A stretch of 62,943 bases of DNA, filler included, from Circinaria calcarea (taxonomy: Eukaryota), in assembly GCA_051942165.1 (NCBI GenBank). It is 56 parts of 56 records of this genome, joined end to end, with 100 filler letters (N's around TTAATTAATTAA, not from the genome) between each part and the next. Parts side by side here need not be neighbours in the genome. Positions count along the whole stretch, not along the records: positions 60,814 to 61,828 come from JAVECS010005491.1; positions 61,929 to 62,943 come from JAVECS010005492.1; 54 more parts are not named here. One strand, written 5' to 3'. Shown here one piece after another: positions 60,814 through 62,943 of this stretch (within the stretch, counting starts at the first letter, position 1; every line of letters starts with the position of its first letter). The position numbers and the translations under genes were made by a program. The notes under the pieces are model-generated. The model was not told where the DNA came from and made no database searches. It saw nothing but the letters and a program-made list of their open reading frames with translations.

Positions 60814-61828
60814 CAATTATATTATGCCAGTTTTAGAGGATTTATCCTCTAAATCGAATTGCCAACGCAGAGAAATACTTAATCAATCCCTTACGCTCCG
60901 TCATCAGGTATTAACTTACGCACAAGCTATTAATAGCCCGGGGAAAGCCCCAGTCACGACCCGTAAATTGTTCGCAGCCGCTCCTATTAAAAAACCGGCG
61001 CCAAAAGAACAAATCGAGCCAAACGGCTACAAAGCCCGTAGGTTAATCCTACAGAATTCGAATCAAGAGGGATTATCTTTTAATCCAAAAGGAATACGCG
61101 ATCAAATCAATAAGCGGTTTCAAAAAGAGAATAATAATAATAAACCAGTAATTACGACTGTTTCGAAATCGCAATTCGGTCAAAATATTATTTTAATAAT
61201 GATAATTGATTTCGACGCTGATTATCTTCAGAAAAAAAAATTAATCTGGAAACCCCTGTTCAAATATTCGAATTCTGTTAAGGATAAAAGCTGGCATAAG
61301 GTTATTATTCATGGCATTCCAACAGAGATTTTCAATTGCGCGGAAGGAATGAAATTATTAAAGGAGGAAATCACCACCTTTAATAATGGATTATCCCTTA
61401 TTGAAAATCCAAAATGGTTATCCTCAAAAATCAATCGAGATAACAAAAAACATGGATCAATACTTTTAGCCTTTGAAACAGAGAAAAAGACTGAAATAGC
61501 TATTCGAAATCGGTTGCAAATAGCGGATTGCTCAATGAGAGTCTTTAAATTCATTGAGAATAGCCCGTTAAATCAATGCTTAAAATGCCAGAAACTAGGG
61601 CATTTAGAGAGGCAATGCTTAAGTGACCCAGCATGTCGAATCTGCGCAAAAAATCACCCTACTAGATTGCATCACTGCAATAACTGCAATATTAAGGGCG
61701 AGAGGTGCATTCACACAGTGGCGAAATGCATTAATTGCGGAGAGAATCATGAAGCGGATAGCAAATCCTGCGGGAGCTATTTATTAGCTAAATCCAAGCA
61801 ATTGCCGAAGCCGATAATTCAATTATGA
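60814..61828 (+). mobile_element. Tad1-like LINE ORF1 (gag-like) with zinc knuckles
   Basis: WHKVIIHGIP, PKWL, QCLKCQKLGH..C, CRICAKNH..C, KCINCGENH..C. Confidence 0.88.
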
Positions 61829-62508
61829 NNNNNNNNNNNNNNNNNNNNNNNNNNNNNNNNNNNNNNNNNNNNTTAATTAATTAANNNNNNNNNNNNNNNN
61901 NNNNNNNNNNNNNNNNNNNNNNNNNNNNGGGAAGAAGGAGGAAGAGTGGGATGTAGGGAATAGGGGATGGTGTGGGGGTGGAGACTGGGGAGACTTTTAA
62001 CGGATTTTCAACCTCGATTACTTACTTATCCCGCAGTTCCTCCCCCTCCCCTCCCCCCTCTTCTAAAAAAGGGCCCGAGGACGATGAACCAACGAACGAA
62101 CGAACGAACGAACGGCGGCGGCGCAAATCCCCAAATCGCCCCCTTGCAAATATCTAATCTACGACGGGTTGCGAGTACGGGGTGCGCGACTTGTGGAGGA
62201 GAAGTTTTGATGGAAGGCGAAAGGGAAAAGGGAAAAAGGGGGGCGGGGAATCCTTGTCTGTTTTGTGCTTTCTACTTGTTTAATTTTTGGGGGGGGGGGA
62301 TTTTTTTGGAGTGGAAAGTTTGTAGTTATTCTATCTAGGATTTGATTAGATTCTCAATCCTGAGCTCGAATGCAGGATGGGGGTTTAATAAAGTGGAACA
62401 ATTGAGAAGAGGCAAGGCATGCATGCATACGTGTTGGGATCGTGATTAAAATCTATCCGTTGAGTGGTCGGAGTGGTCGGACGTAGTCGAGTAGGATGGG
62501 TATGATCC

Positions 62509-62943
62509 TTACTCGTCCTCGTCCTCGTTGTCTTCTTCTTCTTCTTCTTCTTCTTCTTCTTCATCTTCGTCTTCATCGTCGTCTTCGTCTTGCCCCTCAG
62601 ATGAAGAGGATCCCTCTTCCTCCTCCTCCTCTTCTTCCTCATCCTCTTCACCTTGTCCACCAGCCTCTTCCTCTCTCACCTCCACGCGCTCCGCCTCTTC
62701 CTCCCTATACTTCTCCACCTTCTCATGTTGCTTCTTCTTCTTCTGGTGCTTCATCAGTCCCGTAAAGGCCATTTTCGCCATCTTGGAGACCAAGCCGCCG
62801 CCTTCTTCTTCCTTCTTCGCTTCTGGGGTAGCGATAGCAGGGACGGTGGCTGGCACTGTACCGGGCTGGGCAACCATGGTTTCACCGTGACGCACATCCG
62901 TAGAAATTCCATCAGGAACATTGACCGGCCCTCCCACCTTCCC
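62509..62943 (-). CDS. Unknown protein C-terminus with a poly-Glu/Asp tail
   Basis: Open frame from the window end to a stop at 62509; low complexity. Confidence 0.5.
   Translation of the reverse strand, partial: GKVGGPVNVPDGISTDVRHGETMVAQPGTVPATVPAIATPEAKKEEEGGGLVSKMAKMAFTGLMKHQKKKKQHEKVEKYREEEAERVEVREEEAGGQGEEDEEEEEEEEEGSSSSEGQDEDDDEDEDEEEEEEEEEEDNEDEDE

Overview
This window is not one locus. It is a pseudo-scaffold of about 56 unrelated ~1.0 kb contigs, sorted by falling length (1037 to ~1015 bp) and joined by an artificial 100-bp spacer (44 N + TTAATTAATTAA + 44 N). Neighbourhood across spacers therefore means nothing. Nearly all contigs are from a filamentous ascomycete (Pezizomycotina): GT..CTRAY..AG introns, RIP-like AT-rich TE relics and fungal 28S rDNA. 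One contig looks bacterial. Gene fragments include ATP3, CRY-DASH, KRE9, a VIP36-type lectin, ARMH3, ISA1, myosin light chain, PGDH, MDE1, calnexin, SF3A2 (complete), a UCS/She4 protein, NoxC, ABP140, QRI7, PCK1, THI4, SEY1, ARC19, UBP6, PUS7, MoaC, YTP1, a Tco89-like protein, an S10 carboxypeptidase, RNR2, a UbiA prenyltransferase plus O-methyltransferase, and URA4. Many are invisible to the ORF track because they are spliced or cut by a contig edge. The most interesting signals are: (1) a THI4 TPP riboswitch with a visible anti-aptamer pairing over an alternative 5' splice site and a CUGAAA variant; (2) a compact group I intron at LSU site L1921; (3) an LTR retrotransposon family with a Tf1-type self-priming PBS; (4) a 4-exon Zn2Cys6 gene with a RIP-like stop beside a RIP island; (5) a meroterpenoid-type UbiA + O-methyltransferase pair; (6) two MITEs; (7) an uncharacterised protein with a possible Cys-His-Asp triad. 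I found no convincing evidence for a wholly new multi-gene system. All family calls come from motif recognition, not database searches.
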